A stretch of 64,000 nt of DNA, from the NCBI GenBank assembly GCA_000002445.1, contig CP000071.1, positions 1,120,001-1,184,000 on the forward strand. Direction: 5' to 3'. The notes below the pieces were generated by a model. That model did not search any database, had not been told where the DNA came from, and saw nothing but the letters and a program-made list of their open reading frames with translations. A program made the position numbers and the translations under genes. Each line of letters opens with the position of its first letter. Position 1 is the stretch's first letter. This document shows, in pieces, positions 54,503-64,000 of this stretch. The stretch is from Trypanosoma brucei (lineage: Eukaryota).

Positions 54503-57500
54503 GGTATTGGAAGCAGACCCATCTCACCGTGGCAGACCAACGCCCAAATAAGCTACGGGTGCTTCTCCTACAAATACGGGAGGGAAAGCGTATACCACAT
54601 TGAAGTTTGTATTTAGTTACTGATGTGGAATGGAATGGGATGTTTGATGGTATGGTGGAAAGGGTGACTGACATGCCGCAGTTGCCTGACCCGAAGCTCC
54701 AGGACATTGTAACCTACATGGGACCGATATTGCTGTCAGGGGAAAAGCGGGTGAAGAGGAGGTGGCAGTGGCTCGGTCCCGCCCCGTTGCCCCTCGGCAT
54801 TGTGGATGGATGCTGCGAAATATTAACCCGCGAGCACCACTGCAGTGCCTGAAATGAAAAGTACAAAGCTCGGCTTACAAAGCGTCGAACTCCGACAATC
54901 CGTGCGACCACTGCGACAGCGAAAAACAGTATGACACACACTGGTGATGAAATGAGACGGCGTGAGCACAAAGCCCATGGCTAGTGCCGGTCGAATGCTG
55001 TAACGCATATGGTAAACAAACACGAATATGCCCGCGCGGATGCGCCGTGAATATCGAGATGCGGCGACACACCGTGCCTTTCATGTATTTTCCGGGATCC
55101 TCTTCCAACTGAGAATTCACAGCTAGGAGTGCGGTGTGCGCCGGAATGTGTTTAAGCAAGGAGACTGCTCGGGGAGACGCCGCAGAGCGCATCACAGTGT
55201 GTGTGTGTGTGTTTGGGGGAGAAGGAAGAGCTTGAGCTCAAGCGGAAGGGGCAGACGCACAAATGAACCACAGACACCAAGCAGATGCACATTAACACCA
55301 ATGCTTCCAACATGTGTGTCACAGCGCCGCAATCAAACCTGACCTTGTACTTTATAGAAAGACACGCATGGCTTCCATGCGACACCTGAAATCACAGTCC
55401 AAAGCAACGATTTCGATTGAAAGTTACCATTATTATTGAGCTACCAATGGGTGAAAGATTTTCATGGACAGTGTATTGTGGAAGAGTGATCATACGGGTA
55501 TAAAGGACTTTGGAGATAATTTGCATAGTTTCTCCTCGCGGTGGAACGGTACCACCAGGTGCCGCACCCATTTTCCACTTGTATCTTCTCTTCTTGACAC
55601 CATAGAAGGATCTGACAACACAAACAGCGCACGCAGCGATCATAAGCAAAGAGCTACCCCCACATACGGGAAGGAGAAGGAGAAGGAGGGATAAAGGGAA
55701 TCGATAACATCAAAAAGAAAAATTTATGGCAGAAAGTTCAGCGACTTGGCATCTCTAGAATGAGCACACTGTGGGAAAGTGTGCTATTCCGTCTCCTGTA
55801 TACTGTGCTGTGACGACTCTGAAGGAGTAAAAGAAAACATCGGAACGGAGGGAGGCATACATTATACATAACGAAGAGACTCAACCACATTCATCAACAA
55901 CAAAAGGCATTCCAAGATATTCCACAGTAGTGGCCAGCCATCTTAGCCGTGGGAAACCTCCACAAAGGGGTGAAAAAGTTGCCAAAACGGGAGCGGCACT
56001 TAGCAGGACGCGAAAGGTGACTAAATTTGTGAGGTCAGAGGCGGTCCGACTCGCTGGCATTTAGCTGACTGTACTGTTGGAAAGAGGAGGCGCATAAGTC
56101 CCCCGAAAGGGACAAAGCGCATATTTAGGTCGGCTGTGCTCGTGAGCTTTGTACCCTTTCCCCGCTTACCAATGGCAACGGCAACGCGAGTGAACGGTGG
56201 CACCCTGTTCCGTGTGTTTGGGAAAGCGTCAAGGCTCATCGGCAGAGGCGCATTCATATCGACGCGGCTTGTCCCCTATTGTCGTGGAACTAACCGTAAT
56301 GGAATGGACAAAAGGAAGACATTTTCACCGCAGATGTTCTCTGCATGAGCCTCCAAAATCGTCGGTGGGGGGATGCTTCTGCGGAAAACGTACAGGAAAT
56401 CCCACTGCTTTGTTATGGGGTGCGGGACCACAAAGCATAGGAATCATGCCATCAGGAAATCCTTTTGCTGCGTAAAGGGGAAGCCGCGACACGGGTGGAA
56501 GACACCTCCTTTAGCCACTTCCTCACGGCCTTGTCGAAACACTTTGGGTGGCATTGACGAATGTCTGGGAGAAGCGGCCGCAGCATGGGATACAGACGGC
56601 TCGGAGTGAAGGAGACTGATGGAGAGCCGCGTCGCCATGCTCACTGAGAAAACGGGTTGCACCAGCACGGACCACTTCGACATTGGGAAAGGGTGTCCTT
56701 CAATGTGAACGGTGCGCCGCCGGATGCGGTGCTCTGAGCCGGAAGGGCGAACCGAACGGTGAGGAGGTGCGGCCGGGGGCGAACCGGAGAAATAATTAAA
56801 TTTCAAAACTGTCTCAGACTTATGCCGATGTATATGGGGATGAGCCCGGGAGAGAAAAGACGCAAGCAACGGCCTCCTCGACTCTGCAGTTGTCGTTAAG
56901 GAGGGAGGTGGAGGAAATAGCTGGAGTGACCCGAACCGGCGATCCAATGTGGGAACACCAGGAGGGACCGGATCGAAATGAGAAAATGGCTCAGCATATC
57001 TAGGTGAAGAAGATGTCATGGAATAGGCTACTTGTGGGGAAGCTCGTGCAAAATTTGAAATGTAGCAACAACCCCGCTGAGGTGCGCGCCCCGCGGGAAC
57101 GCGTGCGATATCGGATTATGGTTAAGGCACAACCACATCCAACAACCGGCGGAAAGGCAGAGTGATGAGGCGCGAAACGAAATGGAGGAGTTTATGATGA
57201 AAGGTCAGCGATTGAGCGGAAAGCCTAACCACCGCAGATCCAAACAAGACGTCGTACCGTGGGCTTCGACAATTCTCACAGGCGCCAGGGATATGGCAGA
57301 TCCTGTGGCGCCGCTAGGGAGATTTTTCACGATGACAGGAATGTTGTTGCCCATATTTGGCCGGTGGAACGAGCAACGGGTGTGCGGTCGGGGCTGAAAA
57401 GGAAGGATAGGATGAAGACGGTAAGGTACTATTATAATCGTGTGTTCAAAACAAGTTTGTGGAGTGGGAAAGGTATTTGGCGTTGTGTTTGTGTGTGCGG

Positions 57501-58281
57501 AGAGACGGAATACGCTCATTCCAGTAATCTACATGAGAAAGGTTTATCCCTAGGCTCACGCCGAACTGGAACGTGGGTGGCGCGCGCATGGAAATCGGAG
57601 CTGCGCCGACACCGCAACCAGTCACGTCCCTGTAGCCTTTGGACAGTCAAAATACGGTTCTCAGGGTTTCTGGATACCATGATGCCGTGAAACCGAGGCC
57701 CTGGCGACCCCTTTTGAGAGCTTATGAGAATGTTATTGAAACATCTGCGGCGTAAAATTTTTGTTGGGCAGGAAGCAGAGAAGCTTTGTTGGAGCAGCGT
57801 CGGTGGCACACTGAAAAAGGGCAAGCACCTGCTTGAAAGGGAGCCTGTTTGCCTCCGCCGGCTTGCAGCGTTCGGTCGAGGTTGTATCGCACCCTGGCCG
57901 TGCCTCATCGATGAATGTATGACGGCTTCTTCGCGCTGGTTGTCGTCAACCAGTATTGTTCAAAAAGACATGCATGAGATGCAGGCCACCTCCTTACACG
58001 ATTCAATAATACTTCCCTTTCTAGTTCTTTAAGTTGACAATTCAAAAAAAAAAAAGAAGGGTGTCGGATTAACCGTTGACACCTTGAAAGTGAGCGTTGT
58101 TGCATTTTAGGAATGCTTCCCACCTCTTACCTAATTTACCTTCGCTCTTGCTTGGGTGCCCACCGATGAAGTTGGCGGCGCGGCCACCCGAGTTTTGCTA
58201 ATGCCCAAGAAACACACGGGAAGAACTGATGCTTTAGTTCTCGAAATTGTTATTTCTATGCAGTGCCGTGGGAACCCCCGA

Positions 58282-60093
58282 CTACTTCTGCACAAATCGG
58301 AGTATCCTGCGTTCGAAGGCAGTTAAGTGAAAACTACCTCCGCAGTCCTCCTTCTTACCGTGAAGATCCCTGGACTCCGCCATCAGGAGCCCCAGCGCAC
58401 ACGCCCGCTTTTCCGCTATTTTGCCTCTGCCGTTTGCCCCATCGGCTGTCGAAATCAGGAAAAAGAGGCATCGAACCACGATCGAGGGCCCGCGGGTCGC
58501 ATCCCTCAGCAGTGGAGATGAATTTGCGATGTCCACGATCCTCGACTCCAACTTAGTTGTTGTGCTGAGTTTATGCGTGACCAGAAGTGTGGCTAACGAA
58601 GCAACCGCTAAACTGTGAGCAAAGAATTCGGGACTGTCGGGTGACACCCACTGGGCGTCCTCAAGGGCCAACTGAAGGGCACCCAGGGTACGATCCACAA
58701 CAGGGGAGATGCTCAATGGTGCCCTTTCGAATAGGGTGCAAGCTGCAATGAGAAGTCCCCACCCGTTTCCGCCAGTCAGCACATAGTTGTAACGGCCAAT
58801 GATATCGATGGACTGGGCCAATAGCGCGGACGCTCCTTCCGCCACCAAGCTGGCTTCGCCGATGCGAATGACATTCCCCATTGTCCCCAAATCAGCGGCC
58901 ACGACCACCTTCAGCATACGGTGAAGAGGCGCGGCGACCTTTCCAACCGCATCGGCGCCACAAGTGGTTGAAATAGATGCAAACAGCTCGCTTGCCTGTT
59001 GAAGGGTCATTGCCCGGACAGCCCTTTCCAGGGTGCCATGCGTGAGAATTTGCATCGTCAATACGCGACGAACTTTCTTCCACACATAGGTTGGTTCGTT
59101 CACCGTTCCGTGGCGTTTCCAAAAACTCATTTGTTTAGCCGAACTATGGGAAATGTGTGCGTTGAGATTTTCAAATTTTCTCAACTGTTCAACCACCGCG
59201 CACACACCCTGCAGCTGCCCCGGGTTCCACCTTGATGACTCATCGGACTCCAGAGCCTCAGCTAAAGCCTGCGTGGCACTATCGGCAAGTTTTAAGCACC
59301 TTTCCTTTAGTAATTGTGAATCTGTCTTCAGCAACCCTGAAGACGCTGCCCTCCCTTGGAGTTGCGCGCCAACCACTGTAGATAAAAACTGCAGCAGCAG
59401 GGCACACACTGAAGCCGTAGCGGCTAAAGCTAACCATCTTTGTTCAATGAGCGCCACGATGGTCGCCAGGCAGTCCCATGTCATTGGAGTCCACTCCGTT
59501 AGCTCCGCATCGCAACAGGCTTCCATAATACGCGAAAGGGCCTCTATTCTTCGGGGCTCTTGATTTGCAGCCCCGGTGGCACTTAAGGCATCGGCGAAGT
59601 ATTGCAGTGTTATGGCGGCAAGTTCCGGGGACAGTCGGTGACGTATGGCATTTGCTAGAACGAGACTGAGGTCGTCAAGGTCGAGTTGGTTGCTCGCTTG
59701 ATACCGCCGGATGTCAAGAAGGAGTCGCTGGCTCAAGAGTGACCGAAGCTCAGTTGCGGTAGCACCCGCCGTACGTGCTGCCGACGAAGTGGTGGCCGAT
59801 ACTGCTCTAGTTGCTACCACTTCGCATCTATCCGGGGGGCTGTGGGAGCCTAAGAAATGCGCTTCGAGAGAGCGGGACGGATTTGCCAGGGCACTCGAAT
59901 GAATGCGCCGAATAAGGACGTCAAAGGGCAAAGCCGATATGTGCCGCTGTAAAAGCTGCACTGGGGGTTCGACCTTCACCATGGACGAATAACACTGGGT
60001 GTTTCTCCGTGGGCAAGCATGTGCGAAATCGACTAGCGGGAAGTTGGCTGTCCACACTTTCCCTGTGACTGCACCACCTAAGGGTGTCCCCAA
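58282..60093 (-). CDS. Hypothetical Ala/Leu-rich helical protein
   Basis: 603-aa ORF with a long predicted alpha-helical repeat-like body (..LAAITLQYFADALSATGAANQEPRRIEALSRIMEACCDAELTEW..). The N-terminus is basic and S/T-rich, possibly an organellar targeting signal. No catalytic motifs. Confidence 0.5.
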   Translation of the reverse strand: MGTPLGGAVTGKVWTANFPLVDFAHACPRRNTQCYSSMVKVEPPVQLLQRHISALPFDVLIRRIHSSALANPSRSLEAHFLGSHSPPDRCEVVATRAVSATTSSAARTAGATATELRSLLSQRLLLDIRRYQASNQLDLDDLSLVLANAIRHRLSPELAAITLQYFADALSATGAANQEPRRIEALSRIMEACCDAELTEWTPMTWDCLATIVALIEQRWLALAATASVCALLLQFLSTVVGAQLQGRAASSGLLKTDSQLLKERCLKLADSATQALAEALESDESSRWNPGQLQGVCAVVEQLRKFENLNAHISHSSAKQMSFWKRHGTVNEPTYVWKKVRRVLTMQILTHGTLERAVRAMTLQQASELFASISTTCGADAVGKVAAPLHRMLKVVVAADLGTMGNVIRIGEASLVAEGASALLAQSIDIIGRYNYVLTGGNGWGLLIAACTLFERAPLSISPVVDRTLGALQLALEDAQWVSPDSPEFFAHSLAVASLATLLVTHKLSTTTKLESRIVDIANSSPLLRDATRGPSIVVRCLFFLISTADGANGRGKIAEKRACALGLLMAESRDLHGKKEDCGGSFHLTAFERRILRFVQK

Positions 60094-60245
60094 TATTTAC
60101 GGAAGGACCTCAAACTACAACAAGAAGGCGGGGAATAAAATTTTTAAGGATGGGGCCGTCTAGATGCCATCGGTCGCGAATGGTAGCATGCCAAGCATAA
60201 GCAAGAAGTTTAACACTGTAAAAGGTACAACCACTCGGTATCCGT

Positions 60246-62993
60246 TTATACCTTCGTAATACCCGACACAGTTTCTAACACATCGCGTTCCCCCCTTTCT
60301 CCCCCTTGGCCTTCCTCTTCCACCAGTTCTGCCTCACACTCTCCGCTACCTCCGCGCTTGCATTGGCCAGCGGGAAGAAGAAGCGGATTAGGAACATCCT
60401 CCTCTGTGGTGGCTGGTTGGGATACCGCAGCGAGGAGGCGGTTTATTACGTCCACTACCTCGTTTCTTTCTTGATCCGGTAATTCAGGTGCGTCAGTGCC
60501 GGGATTAATGACAGCGTGGGCCACCGTTGCCTCTGCCGCTGTGAGGGTTGGCTGCGTCATTGCTCCAGGTATCATCAAGCATTCCATTCTGGAGAGGAGA
60601 TCCTTTTCCGCCTTGAGTTGGCCTTGCAGACGGTGGCGTTCCTCCTGCAACATCCCCAACCGCTTCTTCCACAGTCCCTCAGCCTGTTGTTGCGCTTCTG
60701 CAACCCGGGTTGCTAAGCTCTCGCCAAGTTTTTGGCAAACTTCTGTAAAATTTTTTTGCATCTCCTTCAGTCTCCCTTCCTGTTGTTTCACAGCATCTGT
60801 TAGCCTCCGGAGATGCGTAACGCTGTTGAGTGCTTGCTCCCGCTGGTTTTGTTCCGTTGATTGTCTCACATATTCGCACATTCGGTCAATAGATTCCACC
60901 ACACGCTGTACGTCATCCCTGCGCATCTCCCAACCATCCGCCGCTTGCTGGGTCAGCTCACAAATCTCCGACCGGTGCTGAAGCAGCAACCGCCCCACCG
61001 AGGCTGCGAGATTAGTCTCGCCTTGCACAAATAGTAACATTACTTCGAGAGCTGAGGCCAAGTTCTCCGTAAAGGCCGCCAAATCATAGTAACTTTGGCG
61101 GAGTTGCTTTTGTTCCGATCGCAGTCTCTCAACCGACTGCAGCAGTACGGTGTTGGTGTGGTGCATCTCCGTCATGGCAGTCTCTCGCGCGCTTAGTGTG
61201 GCTTGCAGTTCGGCGCGCGCTGCCGAATAACGCGCTTCGGCTTCCTCACGGGCCGTATCGGACGCCTCCAGCTGCTGCTTGCACACCGCTACCTCTCGCT
61301 CTGCAGCATCAAGTCGGGTTTGCATCGCAACGAGAACCCCTTGCCGCTGCAACCCACTTTCCGTAGCGACGCCCTCCTCCAAACTACTAAGAACATCAAC
61401 GGCATGCGCCTCCGCCCACGAAACTGTATGCATAACAGAGCCATTTTCTACAGCTGGTCTCGCTTCCTGCGCCGCCGCGGCTGGACACTGGACGGCCTCG
61501 CGTGCCACGAGAGCCGCAAGGCGTTTTTCACGTAGACTAATGCACCTGTGCAGTTTTTCCTTTTGTTTCCCCAGCTGTGCCACCTCGCTTTGCAGCTCGC
61601 GCGCCTGTCTCATCGTCTGCTGTATCACTTGGGGATCGACAACCGCGCTCACACTAGAGGCCGCCGACCTCGCGGCGGCCTCACGCACAGCCGCGCAACA
61701 ACTACTCAGTTCCTCTTCCTGCATATGCTGAGAAATGACTGCTGCCAAACTTCCGCGAAGGTAGTCACGCTCTACTTCCAGACCTGAATATTGCACACGT
61801 AACTTTTGGTTTTCCTCTCTTACCCGACTCACCTCATCTGCCAGATCCACAATTCTGGTTGCCACTGCGGAGCGGTTTCGCTCCAGCTGGCCTAGTTTTT
61901 CTTTAAGCGGCTTCAGTTGCTGCACCTTAGAACGTAGTTTCTGAACCTCTTCTCGGAGTTGCTCAAGTTCCTCCCGCCCCTCGCACCAAAAAGTAACAAG
62001 ATCACGGCGAACGGAGTCCGGGTTGTCAAATATCTCACTTTCAAGACGTCGCCGCTTTGAGGCCAGGGTTTCGACGGCGACACCCTGGCATGCTTGAAGA
62101 TTCTGAATAATTCCTTGCTGTCGCTCAATTGTCTGCATGCACGCTGCTACCTCGTCACGTGCTTGGGCTTCACGGGTTTCCAATACGGAGATGCGGCTGA
62201 GGAGATGTTGTACGCTTGACTGGCTTAAAGCCACCTGCTCCCGTAGCTGCGCCTCGCAGAGGGTGTGCTGCACGCTCTGCCGCTCCTTAAGTTCTTGCAA
62301 TTGGAGCCGAAGCACATCCCGCTCAGATTCGACGAGCTTGAGTGCTCCCCGAACTTCCTCCACACTTTCCAACAAGCGTGGAAGGAGCATGGTAGCCCGG
62401 ATCCCGTCTTTTGCGAGTTTTTCTGACTCTGCCACTGCGGCTTCACCTCGCTCGTGAACATTTTGTAGTTGTTGGCGTAGAAGCTCCTCAGAGGTGCGGA
62501 GAGACCGGAGCTCGGCCATCAACGGGGGTGTTAGCTCCTCATCAGCTGTGTTAGTCGTGCCTTTTGCTGCTACTTCTCGTTCCAACTCCTCCACACGGCG
62601 TTTCAAACTGCCGCGTTCGCTCTCCAGTGCCTCCACCTTCTCGTTGAGAGCAGCCACAGTCTTCGTTTGCATGTCACTCATGTGACGTTGGAGTTCTTCA
62701 TTTTGCGTGCCCAAGATGCACAGAGTTTCCACCAAGGCAGAAAACCGCTGTACCCCACTTTCCTCCCCCGCTGCTCCCTCTCGCCGCTCACTTCTTTCAC
62801 TGCATGGTGTAGATGTTTTGTCGACTGTGTCCTCCACACTTTGCCGCGCGTCAGAAAAAAAACGCTGCAATTGCGTTAGCAGCACATCCTGCAAGATACG
62901 CTCGTGCTCAGGTTGCGCCGCTAGCGCCTTGAGGCGTGCGTTCTCGGAGAGAAGGTGCTTAAGCATACCCGGATGATCAACGCTCCCCATCAA
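60246..62993 (-). CDS. Large coiled-coil protein (hypothetical)
   Basis: 915-aa ORF dominated by heptad-type E/Q/R/L/A-rich sequence (LQATLSARETAMTEMHHTN..LRSEQKQLRQSYYDL.., many LxxLxxE repeats). It resembles cytoskeletal or flagellar coiled-coil proteins in general, with no specific family signature. Confidence 0.6.
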   Translation of the reverse strand: MMGSVDHPGMLKHLLSENARLKALAAQPEHERILQDVLLTQLQRFFSDARQSVEDTVDKTSTPCSERSERREGAAGEESGVQRFSALVETLCILGTQNEELQRHMSDMQTKTVAALNEKVEALESERGSLKRRVEELEREVAAKGTTNTADEELTPPLMAELRSLRTSEELLRQQLQNVHERGEAAVAESEKLAKDGIRATMLLPRLLESVEEVRGALKLVESERDVLRLQLQELKERQSVQHTLCEAQLREQVALSQSSVQHLLSRISVLETREAQARDEVAACMQTIERQQGIIQNLQACQGVAVETLASKRRRLESEIFDNPDSVRRDLVTFWCEGREELEQLREEVQKLRSKVQQLKPLKEKLGQLERNRSAVATRIVDLADEVSRVREENQKLRVQYSGLEVERDYLRGSLAAVISQHMQEEELSSCCAAVREAAARSAASSVSAVVDPQVIQQTMRQARELQSEVAQLGKQKEKLHRCISLREKRLAALVAREAVQCPAAAAQEARPAVENGSVMHTVSWAEAHAVDVLSSLEEGVATESGLQRQGVLVAMQTRLDAAEREVAVCKQQLEASDTAREEAEARYSAARAELQATLSARETAMTEMHHTNTVLLQSVERLRSEQKQLRQSYYDLAAFTENLASALEVMLLFVQGETNLAASVGRLLLQHRSEICELTQQAADGWEMRRDDVQRVVESIDRMCEYVRQSTEQNQREQALNSVTHLRRLTDAVKQQEGRLKEMQKNFTEVCQKLGESLATRVAEAQQQAEGLWKKRLGMLQEERHRLQGQLKAEKDLLSRMECLMIPGAMTQPTLTAAEATVAHAVINPGTDAPELPDQERNEVVDVINRLLAAVSQPATTEEDVPNPLLLPAGQCKRGGSGECEAELVEEEGQGGERGERDVLETVSGITKV

Positions 62994-64000
62994 ACACTAA
63001 TCCTCACTAACTATGAAACCTATTTCTAGACGAGTAGAAGTCTAATAATGTTCTTTTTCTTCGGCACGTGCGTGCCCACGGGTATGAAGTTCAGCGGCTT
63101 GGGCGGTCCGCAAAACAACGGATACCACACCTAAACATGTAGTGGTGTCACAAAACTATCAGAATGAAGGGCCCCGACAGATTCGGCGTCCCCGTTCACA
63201 GTTGATGGAGAGGACGCCTGTTAACCGTGCGTTGTCACCGGACACCATGTTATAAAGTCAGGTGTCGACATGCATCGACGGCATTGTAGTCAGCATCCCA
63301 AAGCTGTGGTGTCACTTGTCGAGTCACGCCAATACCAGGACATCTCTTCCCCCCTTCGAATAGGCACAAGAAAGTTGTGTGGCTGCCACCCGGGATCGTC
63401 CTCCAGTTGTTTGTCAATATTTCTTTAAATCCAATGTACTTACACCAGACCCCCCCCCGCACAAACACACCTCCGTATTAAACACGAAGTGCCCCAAAAC
63501 CTACACAATGCCCCTCAGGCACTCCATCCATCACCGCTCCTTCCCTCCTTTTGCGCAGGCATCAAACAGCATGGCAAAGCGCGGTTCTCGAATGTGTGTA
63601 TCCAGCAAAACGCCAGCCGAGCCGTCATTTGGGAGTGACTACCCCTGATGAAGCCCCCCCTCGCTTCGCAGGAGCGCAACGTACGATATACAAGCAAAGC
63701 GGAACCGTTTTAACAGCCGCATTAAAAACGATAATCAGCACATGTGAATGACATATCGCAATGCCCAACTTCTTTTTTGCCTTCCGCTGCGTGAACAAGA
63801 CGCAAAACTTTCCTGCAGCCGGAAGAAAAATCATTTTTCCACCCCCTCCTCGCCCACCAACGAAAAGCACTTCCTCATGCCATACCATTCACCATCGAAG
63901 AAGGTCGGTTAACGAGAACTTACCATACGTGAAAGGCAATACCTCGGTAACCAGCCCAACCTCCTGCCGTTGAAAGTAAACAAGCTAAACATTATTACCA

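Noticed and set aside
54938-55112. C-box-like (gtgatga) and D-box-like (ctga) strings on the plus strand in the ORF-free region
   Set aside because: They are on the non-transcribed strand, spaced about 170 nt apart, with no obvious terminal stem and no rRNA-complementary guide I can verify. Mentioned only as something a snoRNA scan would resolve.
57205-58123. Three abutting minus-strand ORFs in different frames (58123-57905, 57908-57516, 57519-57205), which could suggest a frameshifted pseudogene
   Set aside because: The junctions are just overlapping ATGA tetranucleotides. The translated segments are low-complexity Arg/Ser/Pro-rich and not protein-like. Not enough to call a pseudogene.

Overview
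This window reads as an internal stretch of a trypanosomatid nuclear chromosome, most probably a Trypanosoma brucei-group genome. The evidence is the intron-less genes, the purine-rich tracts on the plus strand that correspond to polypyrimidine trans-splicing tracts on the coding strand, the (TA)n and (TG)n intergenic microsatellites, and kinetoplastid-type proteins. Every convincing gene lies on the minus strand, so the whole 64 kb appears to sit inside one polycistronic transcription unit read right-to-left, with no strand-switch region, tRNA or rRNA that I could detect.

About 20 minus-strand genes are supported:
- NOP56 (box C/D snoRNP)
- an atypical MAPK-like kinase
- a MORN-repeat protein
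- a leucine-rich-repeat protein
- a GDA1/CD39 nucleoside di/triphosphatase
- a DEAD-box RNA helicase
- an NT-C2/coiled-coil protein
- a PSP1-C-domain protein
- CIA1/CIAO1, a WD40 Fe-S assembly protein
- a Nopp140-type nucleolar phosphoprotein with about 28 near-identical 34-35-aa repeats
- three tandem PLAC8-domain genes
- thymidylate kinase with an N-terminal extension
- an MMS19-like HEAT protein
- several hypothetical and coiled-coil proteins

The three-copy PLAC8 array is the most unusual structure. It is built from 2.56-2.77 kb units, and its copies carry 0, 7 and 12 copies of an in-frame 27-bp (PPPPAGYGQ)n minisatellite. Next in interest are the hyper-repetitive Nopp140 gene, the MAPK-like kinase with degenerate catalytic motifs, a roughly 6 kb ORF-free GC-rich stretch at 52-58 kb, and CIA1 and MMS19 lying in the same transcription unit. 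All functional calls come from by-eye motif and family recognition; no searches were run.
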